This document shows positions 20,314-30,219 of a stretch of 64,000 bases of DNA, piece after piece. The stretch is from NCBI GenBank assembly GCA_002689325.1, contig NZFP01000015.1, positions 17,967 through 81,966 on the forward strand. The letters are read 5' to 3'. The stretch is from Rickettsiales bacterium (lineage in GTDB: Bacteria > Pseudomonadota > Alphaproteobacteria > Methylaequorales > Methylaequoraceae). Position 1 is the first letter of the stretch. Every line of letters starts with the position of its first letter. The translations under genes and the position numbers were made by a program. A model generated the notes under the pieces. The model had not been told where the DNA came from. It saw only the letters and a list, made by a program, of their open reading frames with translations, and ran no database searches.

Positions 20314-22377
20314 TTATACTCTGTTAAGTTCATTGTATATCTTGTCATAATATACTTTTAATTTATTTTTAATCAGCAAATTATCATGTTCTTTAAAAAT
20401 TTCACTACAAATTTTAGAAACTTCTTCAGAATCAATCTTTGTAATAAATTGCTTTACCTTCAAAATTCTAGAAATACTCATTGATAATGTTTTTATACCC
20501 ATTCCCAACAATAAAGAAGTAAACATTGTGTCACCAGCCATTTCACCACAAACACTTATAGGTACTCCAACTTTTTTTGCAGAGTCTGATGATAATTTAA
20601 TGAGTCTAAGCACTGATAGATGGGCAGGGTCATAAATTTTTGCCACCTCTTCATCACCTCTATCAATAGCAAGGGTATACATTGTTAGGTCATTAGTACC
20701 AATTGCCAGAAAATCACAGTTTTTAGCTAGTGACTCAGAAATCAATGCTGCAGCAGGTGTTTCAATAAGAACACCAATTTTTATATTTCTTCTATTAAAG
20801 TTTTTTTTTTTTAATGATAATTCCTTTGAAACATCATTTATCAACTTTTTCGCTTCTAATATTTCTGAAACATTAGAAACCATTGGTAACATTATTCTAA
20901 TTTTACCAAACTTACTTGCTCTTAAAATTGCAGAAATTTGTCTCTTAAATATTTTAGGAAATGCTAACGTGAGTCTAATAGCCCTTAATCCAAGTGCGGG
21001 GTTTCGAGATTTTGCCAAAAATTTTTGAATAAAGGGAATCTTTTTATCGTTACCTACGTCTAAAGTTCTTATTGTCAATGGTTTCCCTTTAAGATGATTA
21101 AGAGTCTTTTTTATGAAATAAAATTGTTCCTTCTCAGACGGCATTCTTTTTTTATCCATAAACATGTACTCACTTCTCAATAAACCAATACCATCAATAC
21201 CAATTTTCATGGCCTCTTTTGCTTCATCGGAATTGTCGATATTGGCTTCAATACGAACTCTAATGTTATCAGATGTTAACGGTGTTTTTTTTTTCAGAAA
21301 TTTCAATTTTTTATCAACACTTTTCTGATCCTCAATCTTTTTTTTATAGTAATTAATAGTTGAAAGTTTAGGGTTTTTTATAAGTATTCCTTTTTCCCCA
21401 TCAAGGATAATTGGCTCATTATCTTTTAAATCTTTTAAAATATTTTTAACTCCAACCAAAGTTGGTATAGAAAGTGATCTTGCAACAATAGCAAAATGTC
21501 CCTCTGGGCCTCCCATAACACTCACTAATCCTGACAACTTTGTTTTTGATAATGATAAAAGATCAGCGGCACTCAATTCGTTTGATATCAATATTTGATT
21601 ATCTCTAATTAATTTTTGTTTTCTTTTCTTCTTTTGAAGATTTTCCAAAATTCTTCTGCAGACGTCTCTGACATCATCAAATCTATCTTTAAGATAATCA
21701 TCTTTAATTTTCTTGAAAATTTTAGAGTGCTTATTTAATTCTTCAATTATAGCAAATTCAGCATTAATAAGATCTGAATGTATCCTTTTTTTTGCATCAG
21801 AAACAAGAGATGAAGAGGAAATAATTAAAATATTGGCCTCAAGCAAGAATTTCATTTCGTCGTAGATATCATTTTTATGATCTTTAATTTTTTTTATAAT
21901 TTTTGCTAGGTCTGATACTGAATTCTTTACAGCTTTGTCTAATCTTTCTATTTCGTTCTTAACCTCAGAAGTAGGTATGTTATATTTTGAATATGACAAA
22001 TCGCTACTTTTTTTTATTGCACAATTTCCTACAACAAACCCGTAAGATACAGCAATTCCTCTGAAAATTTTTTCTTTAATCAAATTACCGGGTAGTGGTT
22101 TTTCTTCTCCAAAGTTATTTTTTATAAGATTAATTAATCTTTGAAGATCTTCTTCCGCATTCTGTCCAATACATTGGATTTTAATCTCTGTCCCTTTTGA
22201 AGCGGCAAGTGTCATTAAACCCAATAAAGAAGAGCCATTAACAGTATTTCTTCCTTTTTTTACTAAAAACTTTGATTTACATCTTGATGTAAAATCCACA
22301 AATTTTGCTGATGCTCTTGCATGAAGACCTAATTTATTTGTAATTAAGATTTTTCTCTCTAATCTTTTTTCTTGCAA
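20314..22377 (-). CDS. ptsI: Fusion protein: HPr/NPr phosphocarrier domain + PTS Enzyme I (PEP-protein phosphotransferase)
   Basis: Residues 1-90 are HPr-like (GLHARAS with His15; VNGSSLLGLM with a Ser46 equivalent). The rest is full-length EI (GGPEGHFAIVARSLSIP active His, RSEYMF, GTNDLTMY, CGEMAGD). No GAF domain. Confidence 0.85.
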   Translation of the reverse strand: MQEKRLERKILITNKLGLHARASAKFVDFTSRCKSKFLVKKGRNTVNGSSLLGLMTLAASKGTEIKIQCIGQNAEEDLQRLINLIKNNFGEEKPLPGNLIKEKIFRGIAVSYGFVVGNCAIKKSSDLSYSKYNIPTSEVKNEIERLDKAVKNSVSDLAKIIKKIKDHKNDIYDEMKFLLEANILIISSSSLVSDAKKRIHSDLINAEFAIIEELNKHSKIFKKIKDDYLKDRFDDVRDVCRRILENLQKKKRKQKLIRDNQILISNELSAADLLSLSKTKLSGLVSVMGGPEGHFAIVARSLSIPTLVGVKNILKDLKDNEPIILDGEKGILIKNPKLSTINYYKKKIEDQKSVDKKLKFLKKKTPLTSDNIRVRIEANIDNSDEAKEAMKIGIDGIGLLRSEYMFMDKKRMPSEKEQFYFIKKTLNHLKGKPLTIRTLDVGNDKKIPFIQKFLAKSRNPALGLRAIRLTLAFPKIFKRQISAILRASKFGKIRIMLPMVSNVSEILEAKKLINDVSKELSLKKKNFNRRNIKIGVLIETPAAALISESLAKNCDFLAIGTNDLTMYTLAIDRGDEEVAKIYDPAHLSVLRLIKLSSDSAKKVGVPISVCGEMAGDTMFTSLLLGMGIKTLSMSISRILKVKQFITKIDSEEVSKICSEIFKEHDNLLIKNKLKVYYDKIYNELNRV

Positions 22378-22379
22378 TC

Positions 22380-22781
22380 TTAAGATTCTCCAAAAAAAGC
22401 TGAGGCCACATTCATATACTTTCTTCCAGACTCTTGAGAAATTTTAATTAATTCTTTAATTTCACATTCATTCCTCAGAGAGGAAATTTTAATAAGCATA
22501 GGTAAATTTACACCTGCAACCACCTCAACTTTTTCTTCTTCCATAATTGAAATAGCAAGATTAGAAGGGGTGCCACCAAACATATCAGTTAAGATTACAA
22601 CCCCTTTTCCTGTATTAACTTTTTTCACGGATTTAATTATCTCTTCTCTTTTTTTTTTAATATCATCATCCGGAAAAATTGATATAGCTACTATATTCTC
22701 TTGCTTGCCAGAAATATGTTCAAGAGCAACTAAAAACTCCTTTGAAATGTTTGAATGTCCTACAATGACTATCCCAATCAT
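22380..22781 (-). CDS. PTS EIIA, mannose/fructose family
   Basis: 133 aa with MIGIVIVGHS (His10 phosphorylation site) and TDMFGGTPSN. Confidence 0.85.
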   Translation of the reverse strand: MIGIVIVGHSNISKEFLVALEHISGKQENIVAISIFPDDDIKKKREEIIKSVKKVNTGKGVVILTDMFGGTPSNLAISIMEEEKVEVVAGVNLPMLIKISSLRNECEIKELIKISQESGRKYMNVASAFFGES

Positions 22782-23623
22782 ATTTTTAAATCCCTATGGT
22801 CAATAAAGACTTCAATCTCTTTATTTTTTTGTAAAAAAGAATGAAAGTATTCTGAACTTACAACTGACCTATGTACTCCTCCTGTACAACCAAATGCAAT
22901 TGTAATATAGTCCTTTCCTTCATCATTAAATCCATTTAAAATTTCATTGATTAGTGTTTCCATACTATCAAAAAAAAACAGAAAAAGCCCTTGGTTTTTT
23001 ACGAATTTAATAATCTCAGGGTTTCTTCCATCAAGTTTTTTTAATTTTTTAACATAAAATGGATTTTTTAAAAAACGCATATCAAAAACAAAATCAGCCT
23101 CTCTAGGAAGTCCATTCTTATATCCAAACGAAATTATTCTTACAGTTGGTTTTATTTTTATATTTTTCTGAAAAAGAGCCTTTATTTTTTTTCTAAGTAA
23201 ATTAATTGTTAGGTCTGTTGTATCTAAGTAATATTGACTTATCTTTTTTAGAGGTTCCAGCCAATACCGTTCTCTGTCAATTATATCCTCCATAGGTAAA
23301 TCAAGTTTTAATGGATGAAGTCGTCTACTTTCATCATATCTGTTAATTAACTTTTGATTATCACAATCAAAAAAAATAACCGATACATCAATATCTTTTT
23401 TTTTTTTATTTATAAGCGAAACAATTTTTTTTGCATCAAAGTCCCTACTTCTTATATCAATACCTAAAGCCAAGTTTTTCTTTATTTTCATTTCAATTAT
23501 ATTTTTAAAAAAAAAAAATGGAATATTATCAATAGCCTCAAAGCCATAATCCTCAAGTATTTTTAATGCTGAAGTTCGTCCAGCTCCAGATAATCCAGTA
23601 ACGATTAAAACTCTCTTAGACAT
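22778..23623 (-). CDS. rapZ: RNase adapter / nucleotide-binding protein RapZ (YhbJ)
   Basis: 281 aa with P-loop VTGLSGAGRTSA and the C-terminal CTGGVHRSV motif. Confidence 0.88.
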   Translation of the reverse strand: MSKRVLIVTGLSGAGRTSALKILEDYGFEAIDNIPFFFFKNIIEMKIKKNLALGIDIRSRDFDAKKIVSLINKKKKDIDVSVIFFDCDNQKLINRYDESRRLHPLKLDLPMEDIIDRERYWLEPLKKISQYYLDTTDLTINLLRKKIKALFQKNIKIKPTVRIISFGYKNGLPREADFVFDMRFLKNPFYVKKLKKLDGRNPEIIKFVKNQGLFLFFFDSMETLINEILNGFNDEGKDYITIAFGCTGGVHRSVVSSEYFHSFLQKNKEIEVFIDHRDLKI

Positions 23624-24041
23624 AACTTCTTATTTGATTAAGTTTAATTTTTATTTTTGCAACTGCAGAAGGACTTTTTCCAAAAATTTTAATTTTAGGG
23701 AACTTCAATCCTAAAATACTACAATTCATCACTCTGGGTATTCTCTCAAATTTCTCTTCCACAAGCTCAACAACTAGATTCAGTTTAATATTCTCAACAT
23801 AAGGAACAGTCATAATTCCTATCTCTCTTACTTCAAGAAGACCTTTAGTCTTTAAATGTGGATATAAGTATAAATAATCTCCAATTTTTTTACAAATAGT
23901 TAAGTCGTCTGAGATAAGGGTTGCACCTGAATCTATAAGACGAAGCGCTAAATCAGATTTACCAGAACCTGACTGGCCTCTTATTAATATGCCTAAATCT
24001 TCAATAACAACAGAAGTTGAATGAAATTTCTTGGCTGTCAT
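23616..24041 (-). CDS. hprK: HPr kinase/phosphorylase, short alphaproteobacterial form (C-terminal domain only)
   Basis: 141 aa with P-loop GQSGSGKSD, LISDD and LEVREIG motifs. It lacks the N-terminal domain of firmicute HprK. Confidence 0.82.
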   Translation of the reverse strand: MTAKKFHSTSVVIEDLGILIRGQSGSGKSDLALRLIDSGATLISDDLTICKKIGDYLYLYPHLKTKGLLEVREIGIMTVPYVENIKLNLVVELVEEKFERIPRVMNCSILGLKFPKIKIFGKSPSAVAKIKIKLNQIRSYV

Positions 24042-24047
24042 AGCTTT

Positions 24048-24512
24048 CTAATTTAAAAAGTTTGCCTTGAGCTTTTTATCTAATACTAGAATATTGGTTT
24101 CTAAAACTACTTTGTTTTTCAAATGAACTTTTAAAACAAATGACTCCTTATCATTAAGCTTCTTTTTTAAACCAAACAACATTAAATGCCTTCCACCAGG
24201 TTGCAAAAATAATTCACTTTTTGAATCGATTTCTACATTTTCAACCTTAAACATTTTTACAATGTCATCTGCAATTTTGATATCATGCATTTCTACAGAA
24301 TTAGCAACATCTGTACTAAAAGATTCGATTTCTATTTCTTTTTCACTGTTATTGAAAAAACTTAAATACACTGCAGTAGCTTTTTGCTCTTGGCTTGTTT
24401 CAAAAGTATATCCTCCATGGAGAGCAAGTTTTTCATAATTCGCCTCAACTTTAATTGAAAAAAATAATAAGAAAAATAAAAGATATTTGACATTTTTTAA
24501 TATTGTAAACAT
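24048..24512 (-). CDS. Periplasmic copper chaperone PCu(A)C (DUF461)
   Basis: Signal peptide, VEMHD...M and PGGRHLMLFGL motifs. Confidence 0.8.
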   Translation of the reverse strand: MFTILKNVKYLLFFLLFFSIKVEANYEKLALHGGYTFETSQEQKATAVYLSFFNNSEKEIEIESFSTDVANSVEMHDIKIADDIVKMFKVENVEIDSKSELFLQPGGRHLMLFGLKKKLNDKESFVLKVHLKNKVVLETNILVLDKKLKANFLN

Positions 24513-24550
24513 CTATTAACTAGTACATATTAATTTATATTTGTAAACCT

Positions 24551-25348
24551 ATGAAAATTAATTTTAAAACGAGACAATTAGTAAGATCATCCCTTAGGGG
24601 ATATTTATCAACGGAGTTTGACTCTAAAAACTTCAAAAATGTTAAGACCTCAATGAATAAACCATTCCCTTACAGTACTTTTACGCTTGCTGCCTTCGAC
24701 TATGATCTATCTCCAATATTACTACTTTCAGATTTATCAGAGCACACAAAAAATATTCAAGAAAAAAATTCTGCATCGTTATTGCTTTGTGAAGAAAGTA
24801 AACTCTACAATCTTTTTCAAAAGTTTGACAATAAATTTTCATCCTATGAAGACCCTATGTCACGGCCAAGAGTAACCCTCATTGGTAAGTTAAAAAAAAC
24901 AAAAGATTCCAATCATAGAAAAAGATTTATTTCTAGACATCCTGCATCAAATTTATACGCAAATTTTAAAGATATGAACTTTTATAAGATGGATGTAAAA
25001 AGTGCCCATCTAATTGGAGGTTTTGCTCAGGTTAAATGGTTTACAAGTGAAGAAATTTTATGTAAAAACTTTTCTAATTTCAAAGAGTCAGAAGAAAATA
25101 TTATTACTCATATGAATTCAAGTCACAAAACTAGCATAAAAATGTATGTAAATAATTTAATGAAAAATGAAATTTCAAGTACACAAAGAAAAGGAGACTG
25201 GAATATTACTGGTATTGATCCAGATGGTTTTGATCTCAGAAAAAAAAAAGATACTGCTCGCTACTTTTTTGAAAAAGAAGTTTTTAATGCAAAAAAATTA
25301 AGGGGAATTTTTGTAAACCTTCATAAAAAATCCTCAGAAATTAATTAG
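24551..25348 (+). CDS. HugZ / pyridoxamine-5'-phosphate-oxidase-related protein with DUF2470-like C-terminus
   Basis: 265 aa. The split-barrel-like N-terminal part (PYSTFTLAAFD, ASLLL, RPRVTLIGK) and overall architecture resemble HugZ-family proteins. Assigned from pattern memory only. Confidence 0.5.
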   Translation: MKINFKTRQLVRSSLRGYLSTEFDSKNFKNVKTSMNKPFPYSTFTLAAFDYDLSPILLLSDLSEHTKNIQEKNSASLLLCEESKLYNLFQKFDNKFSSYEDPMSRPRVTLIGKLKKTKDSNHRKRFISRHPASNLYANFKDMNFYKMDVKSAHLIGGFAQVKWFTSEEILCKNFSNFKESEENIITHMNSSHKTSIKMYVNNLMKNEISSTQRKGDWNITGIDPDGFDLRKKKDTARYFFEKEVFNAKKLRGIFVNLHKKSSEIN

Positions 25349-28121
25349 CCTCATCCCAGTTTTTACCTAAACCTAGATCAACTTTTATTGGTACATTCAA
25401 ATCTAAAAAATTTTTATGTGAATTAGTCATAATCTCAGGAATATTTTCTTTCATTATTTTTATTTCATTCTGAGGAACTTCGAAAATGAGTTCATCATGA
25501 ACTTGAATAAGCATTTTTGACAAAAGTTTTTGATTTATTAAAAATTCATAAATCTTTGGCATAGTTAATTTAATTAAATCTGCAGCTCCACCCTGAATTG
25601 GAGCATTGATAGCAGAGCGTTCTGCAAAATTTCTTCTATTGACTACTTTGTCATTTATAAAAGGTATAAATATTCTTCTTCCAAAAGGAGTAACTACAAA
25701 ACCTTTACTTCTACAATCATTAACTGTTTTCTCCATGTATTCCTTAATTCCTGGATATTTTTTAAAATAACTTTCAATGTATTGTTTTGCCTCTGAATTC
25801 GATATATCTAGCTGTGTAGCAAGTCCGTAGGGTGAAATTCCATATATAATCCCAAAATTTATTGTCTTAGCTTTTCGCCTCAAGTCAGAATTAAGTGATG
25901 TCTTATCGACCTGGAAAACATCCATTGCTGTGACACTATGAATATCCTCATTTTTCTCAAAAGCATTTAAAAGTGAATCTACTCTGGCAACATGTGCTAA
26001 TATTCTTAATTCAACTTGTGAGTAATCTACAGAAAAAATAAAATTATTAGTTGAAGCTACAAAGGCTTTTCTAATTTTTCTTCCCTCTACGGTTTTAATA
26101 GGAATATTTTGGAGATTTGGGTCATTTGAAGAAAGTCTACCGGTTAATGTGCTTGCCATACCAAAGGAAGTATGGATCCTTGAAGTTTTTTTATTTTCTC
26201 TTGATAGAAGACCTTCACAATAAGTGCTTTTAAGTTTTGAAAATTGACGCCATTCAAGAACATGGTCTGCAATCAAAAATTTTTCGGACTTTAGTTTTTC
26301 TAAAATTTTAACATCAGTTTGATAATTACCGCTTTTTCCCTTTTTTCCATAGGGTAATTTTAGTTTTGAGAAAAGTATTTCTCCTAGCTGTTTTGGAGAA
26401 CCAACATTAAAATTCTCTTCACTAATTTCAAAAACCTTTTTTTCTATATTCAATATCTTTTTTGAAAACTCTGATGTTAAAAAAATGAGATATTCGTTAT
26501 TTATTTTACATCCGTTAATTTCCATAAAAGCTATAATTTCAATTAAAGGCTTTTCAAAATAAAAATAAAACTCGTAGAGTTTACTCTTAAAAAGTTCTTT
26601 TTTTAATATTTCCCACAACCTAAAAGTAACGTCAGCGTCCTCGGCTGCATATTCTTTTGCAACGTTAATATCTACTTCACTAAAACAAATCTTTTTTTTG
26701 TCAACTGTAGTTACATCGGAAAACTTTTTAGTTGTATGTGAAAGGTAATCTGCAGATAATTCGTCTAGATTATGTCCTCTGTAGCCAGTCCTTAGTACAT
26801 ATGACATCAACATTGTATCATCCATATTTTTTGTAACTATCCCCATATTAGAGAGAATAACAAAATCATATTTGATGTTTTGTCCTATTTTTAATATTGA
26901 CTCATCCTCTAAAATTGGTCTCACTAAATTTACAAAGCTTTGAACATTTATCTGATTATATTTTTCACTTTTATGTTGAAGAGGAATATAACAGGCCTTG
27001 CTATTTTCTACTGACATTGAAAAACCTATAATTTCTGCTTCAACTGCATTAAGAGAGTTGGTTTCACAGTCTATTGCAACAATTCCTTTTGATTCAACAA
27101 AATCACACCATTTCTTTAGAGACTTCTCATCTTCTACAATTTCATATTTTTTTTTATCAATAGGATCTCTATTAATGGTTAGAAAACCTTTTTTTTCTAA
27201 TTTTTCGTCGGTACTTTTTGAATCATTTTCTTTCAAACCAAACTTTGAAATTACGCTTGATTTAATTTTATTAAATTCCATACCGTCAAGAAATGTCACC
27301 AACTTTTTTACATCCATTGGTTTATAAGATAATTCATTAATTGATAAAGGAAGTTCAACATCATCTTTAAGAGTAACCAGTTGCTTTGAAATCTTTATAA
27401 TTTCTTTGTTTTCTTCTAAACTAGCTCTTCTCTTCTCTTGTTTAATTTCATGAGCGTTTTCTAACAAGTTTTCAATTGAGTTATATTCGTTTATTAGCAA
27501 AGAAGCTATCTTTGGACCAATACCAGGTGCCCCAGGAATATTGTCAGACGAGTCTCCTGCTAAAGCTTGTACATCGATTACTTTCTCTGGAATAACTCCA
27601 AATTTTTCAAAAACTGTTTCTTTGGTAACTTCTTTTTTTTTTAATGGATCTATAATTGAAACATTATCTTTTAACAACTGCATTAAATCTTTGTCTGAAG
27701 AAATAATTGTAACGCTTTTACCAACCTTGGTTGCTGCTTTGGAATAAGATGCTATCAAATCATCTGCTTCAAAACCCTGTGATTGGATTGATTTTAAGTT
27801 AAAAAAATCGGGGACTTTCTTAATGATATCAAATTGAGGTATAAGGTCTTCGGGAGGATCTGACCTATTTGCTTTATATTCAGGATAAATTGTATTTCTA
27901 AAAGTCTTCCTTGCTGCATCAAAAATTACAGCAATTGAAACTTTCCCTCCTTTCTCACTTTGTATGTCCTCAATTAGCTTTAATAACATGTTACAAAAAC
28001 CAAAAATTGCGTTTACTGGCAATCCATCTGATCTGTGCATTGGAGGAAGAGCATAATATGCTCTAAAAATATAACCTGAACCATCAACCAGAACTAGCTG
28101 TTCACTATTTGATATATTCAT
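25341..28121 (-). CDS. polA: DNA polymerase I
   Basis: 926 aa with 5'-nuclease, 3'-5' exo and Pol A domains (DYSQVELRILAH, QVHDELIFE). Confidence 0.96.
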   Translation of the reverse strand: MNISNSEQLVLVDGSGYIFRAYYALPPMHRSDGLPVNAIFGFCNMLLKLIEDIQSEKGGKVSIAVIFDAARKTFRNTIYPEYKANRSDPPEDLIPQFDIIKKVPDFFNLKSIQSQGFEADDLIASYSKAATKVGKSVTIISSDKDLMQLLKDNVSIIDPLKKKEVTKETVFEKFGVIPEKVIDVQALAGDSSDNIPGAPGIGPKIASLLINEYNSIENLLENAHEIKQEKRRASLEENKEIIKISKQLVTLKDDVELPLSINELSYKPMDVKKLVTFLDGMEFNKIKSSVISKFGLKENDSKSTDEKLEKKGFLTINRDPIDKKKYEIVEDEKSLKKWCDFVESKGIVAIDCETNSLNAVEAEIIGFSMSVENSKACYIPLQHKSEKYNQINVQSFVNLVRPILEDESILKIGQNIKYDFVILSNMGIVTKNMDDTMLMSYVLRTGYRGHNLDELSADYLSHTTKKFSDVTTVDKKKICFSEVDINVAKEYAAEDADVTFRLWEILKKELFKSKLYEFYFYFEKPLIEIIAFMEINGCKINNEYLIFLTSEFSKKILNIEKKVFEISEENFNVGSPKQLGEILFSKLKLPYGKKGKSGNYQTDVKILEKLKSEKFLIADHVLEWRQFSKLKSTYCEGLLSRENKKTSRIHTSFGMASTLTGRLSSNDPNLQNIPIKTVEGRKIRKAFVASTNNFIFSVDYSQVELRILAHVARVDSLLNAFEKNEDIHSVTAMDVFQVDKTSLNSDLRRKAKTINFGIIYGISPYGLATQLDISNSEAKQYIESYFKKYPGIKEYMEKTVNDCRSKGFVVTPFGRRIFIPFINDKVVNRRNFAERSAINAPIQGGAADLIKLTMPKIYEFLINQKLLSKMLIQVHDELIFEVPQNEIKIMKENIPEIMTNSHKNFLDLNVPIKVDLGLGKNWDEAN

Positions 28122-28279
28122 TTTTTTTTAAATTTTGCACCACAATACGGACAAACTACAACTCTACCCGAAGTTAAGTCTAAAAAAACTTTAGGATGGG
28201 AGTCATGAGAATCAACACCTTGACAGCTGGTAGTATCTCCTACAATGAAGGTAATATCAGATTCAAAATTAAGGGCCAT
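28118..28279 (-). CDS. zf-CHCC zinc-finger protein (NDUFS6 C-terminal-domain-like), 53 aa, below the ORF-track cutoff
   Basis: Hand translation: MALNFESDITFIVGDTTSCQGVDSHDSHPKVFLDLTSGRVVVCPYCGAKFKKK*. It shows the C...HP.V.L...CPYCG pattern. Its TGA stop overlaps the polA ATG (ATGA). Confidence 0.7.
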   Translation of the reverse strand: MALNFESDITFIVGDTTSCQGVDSHDSHPKVFLDLTSGRVVVCPYCGAKFKKK

Positions 28280-28329
28280 TGTAATTTAGTTGTTAAGTGT
28301 ATATTTTAATATAACTATAATTCAAAGAA

Positions 28330-29244
28330 ATGAAAAATAAAATTATTGATGTTACAGGTTTAACAAAAAAATATAGTAGCAAAGACTCATTAGCCTTGGA
28401 TCATATTGATTTAAAAATAAAACAAGGCTCGATTTTTGGTCTTTTAGGCCCCAACGGGGCAGGGAAAAGTTCATTTATTAATATTTTATCAGGTCTATCT
28501 AATAAAACATCTGGCAAAGTAACTGTTTGTGGAATTGATCTTGATAAAGACCCAAAAACCATCAGAGGAAATATTGGTGTTGTTCCTCAAGAAATAAATA
28601 TTGATCCTTTTTTTACTCCACTAGAAATAATGAATATCCAATCAGGTATGTACGGAGTTAAAAAAAAACAAAATAAAAATCTAGAAATTTTAAAAAACTT
28701 AGATCTTCATGAAAAGTCTGATGCTTATTCTAGAAGCTTATCTGGCGGGATGAAAAGAAGGCTGATGGTAGCCAAGGCTTTGGTCCATTCACCTACTCTT
28801 CTAATTTTAGATGAACCCACGGCAGGGGTAGATGTAGAATTGAGAACTAAATTGTGGAATTATATAAGACTTTTGAATAAAGAAGGAGTAACTATAATTC
28901 TTACTACACACTATCTTAAGGAAGCAGAGATTCTATGTGATGAGATTGCAGTAATCAATAATGGGAAGGTTATTGCCTGCGATAAAAAAAATAATCTCTT
29001 AAAACTCCTTGATGATAAGGAATTAATTATTGAATTTTCTGAAAAAGTAAATTCTCTTCCCCAAAAAATTAGGGGATTTGTTGTTTTAAAAGAAGAAAAA
29101 AAAGTAGTACTTAGGTTCAAAAAAAGTCAAATAAACACTGCTGAAATAATAAAAGCATTTGTGGGGAAAAAATTTAAATTAAAAGAAATTACAACCAAAG
29201 AATCAGATTTAGAGGATATATTTATAAAATTATTAAAAGAATAG
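28330..29244 (+). CDS. ABC transporter ATP-binding protein (ABC-2/YadG-like)
   Basis: GPNGAGKSS, LSGGMKRRL and LILDEPTAGVD motifs. No permease gene is adjacent. Confidence 0.85.
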   Translation: MKNKIIDVTGLTKKYSSKDSLALDHIDLKIKQGSIFGLLGPNGAGKSSFINILSGLSNKTSGKVTVCGIDLDKDPKTIRGNIGVVPQEINIDPFFTPLEIMNIQSGMYGVKKKQNKNLEILKNLDLHEKSDAYSRSLSGGMKRRLMVAKALVHSPTLLILDEPTAGVDVELRTKLWNYIRLLNKEGVTIILTTHYLKEAEILCDEIAVINNGKVIACDKKNNLLKLLDDKELIIEFSEKVNSLPQKIRGFVVLKEEKKVVLRFKKSQINTAEIIKAFVGKKFKLKEITTKESDLEDIFIKLLKE

Positions 29245-29279
29245 TTTTTTTAAAAATTTTACTTCTTATTAATGGATGT

Positions 29280-30218
29280 GTGACTGGAGTAAATAAGGAA
29301 TCAGTATACTCAGACAAAATTGTAGAAAAAAAAGCTTTCTATGAATGGGGAGATATAAATACAAGCGAAATTATTATTTTAGCAATTCATGGATATAATG
29401 ATTACGCAAACTCCTTCAAATTACCTGCAAAGTATCTTTCAAAAAATAATATTGCTACTTTTTCTTTTGATTTAGACGGATTTGGAAAAAATGATAACTC
29501 TGGCTTTTGGTTTCCACTTGAGGTTCACAGACAACTAATTAAAAAAGAATTATTAAAATTAAAAAAACAATATCCTCAAAAAAAAATTTTTTTGCTTGGT
29601 GAGAGTATGGGAGGTGCGATCATAACAAGTTTGATGACGCATAACAAAGGTCTACCTATTGATGGGGCAGTTCTTGTTGCACCGGCACTATGGAATTTTA
29701 GTGAGAAGAATTTTTTTAAAAGTTTATTTATGTCCTTAATATCAAAATCATTCCCAAATCTCAAAGTTGATAGTAAAGGGTGGGTTGAAGTAAAAGCAAG
29801 TGATAACCAAGATGTTCTTAAAGAGCTATCAGTGGATAAATATTTTATTCATCGCCCTAATCTTAAAAGTCTTTATGGAATAATTGAATTAATGGATGAG
29901 AGTTACAAAGATGCTAAAAAGTTTTTTTCAAAACCAAGTTACAATACTTTAGTTGTAATTCCTATTAAAGACGAAATAGTTCCTCGAAAACCATTGATTG
30001 AGTTACTAGAAAAAACTAAAATTAAATCATATGACTTTTTTTTTGACTTTATTATCTTTGAATCAAGTTATCATATGATCTTGAGAGATATGAAAGGTGA
30101 TAATGTTACTGAGGAAATTAAAAAATGGATTTTAGAAAGAAAAACAAAAAAGACAACAAATTTTAATGAAGTAATTCAAAAGTTGAGAAATGAAGATTAT
30201 CATCATATGTTAGATTAA
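29280..30218 (+). CDS. Alpha/beta hydrolase (lysophospholipase / monoacylglycerol-lipase-like)
   Basis: HGYNDY, nucleophile elbow GESMGG and a C-terminal SYH region. GTG start; the start position is uncertain. Confidence 0.72.
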   Translation: MTGVNKESVYSDKIVEKKAFYEWGDINTSEIIILAIHGYNDYANSFKLPAKYLSKNNIATFSFDLDGFGKNDNSGFWFPLEVHRQLIKKELLKLKKQYPQKKIFLLGESMGGAIITSLMTHNKGLPIDGAVLVAPALWNFSEKNFFKSLFMSLISKSFPNLKVDSKGWVEVKASDNQDVLKELSVDKYFIHRPNLKSLYGIIELMDESYKDAKKFFSKPSYNTLVVIPIKDEIVPRKPLIELLEKTKIKSYDFFFDFIIFESSYHMILRDMKGDNVTEEIKKWILERKTKKTTNFNEVIQKLRNEDYHHMLD

Positions 30219-30219
30219 A

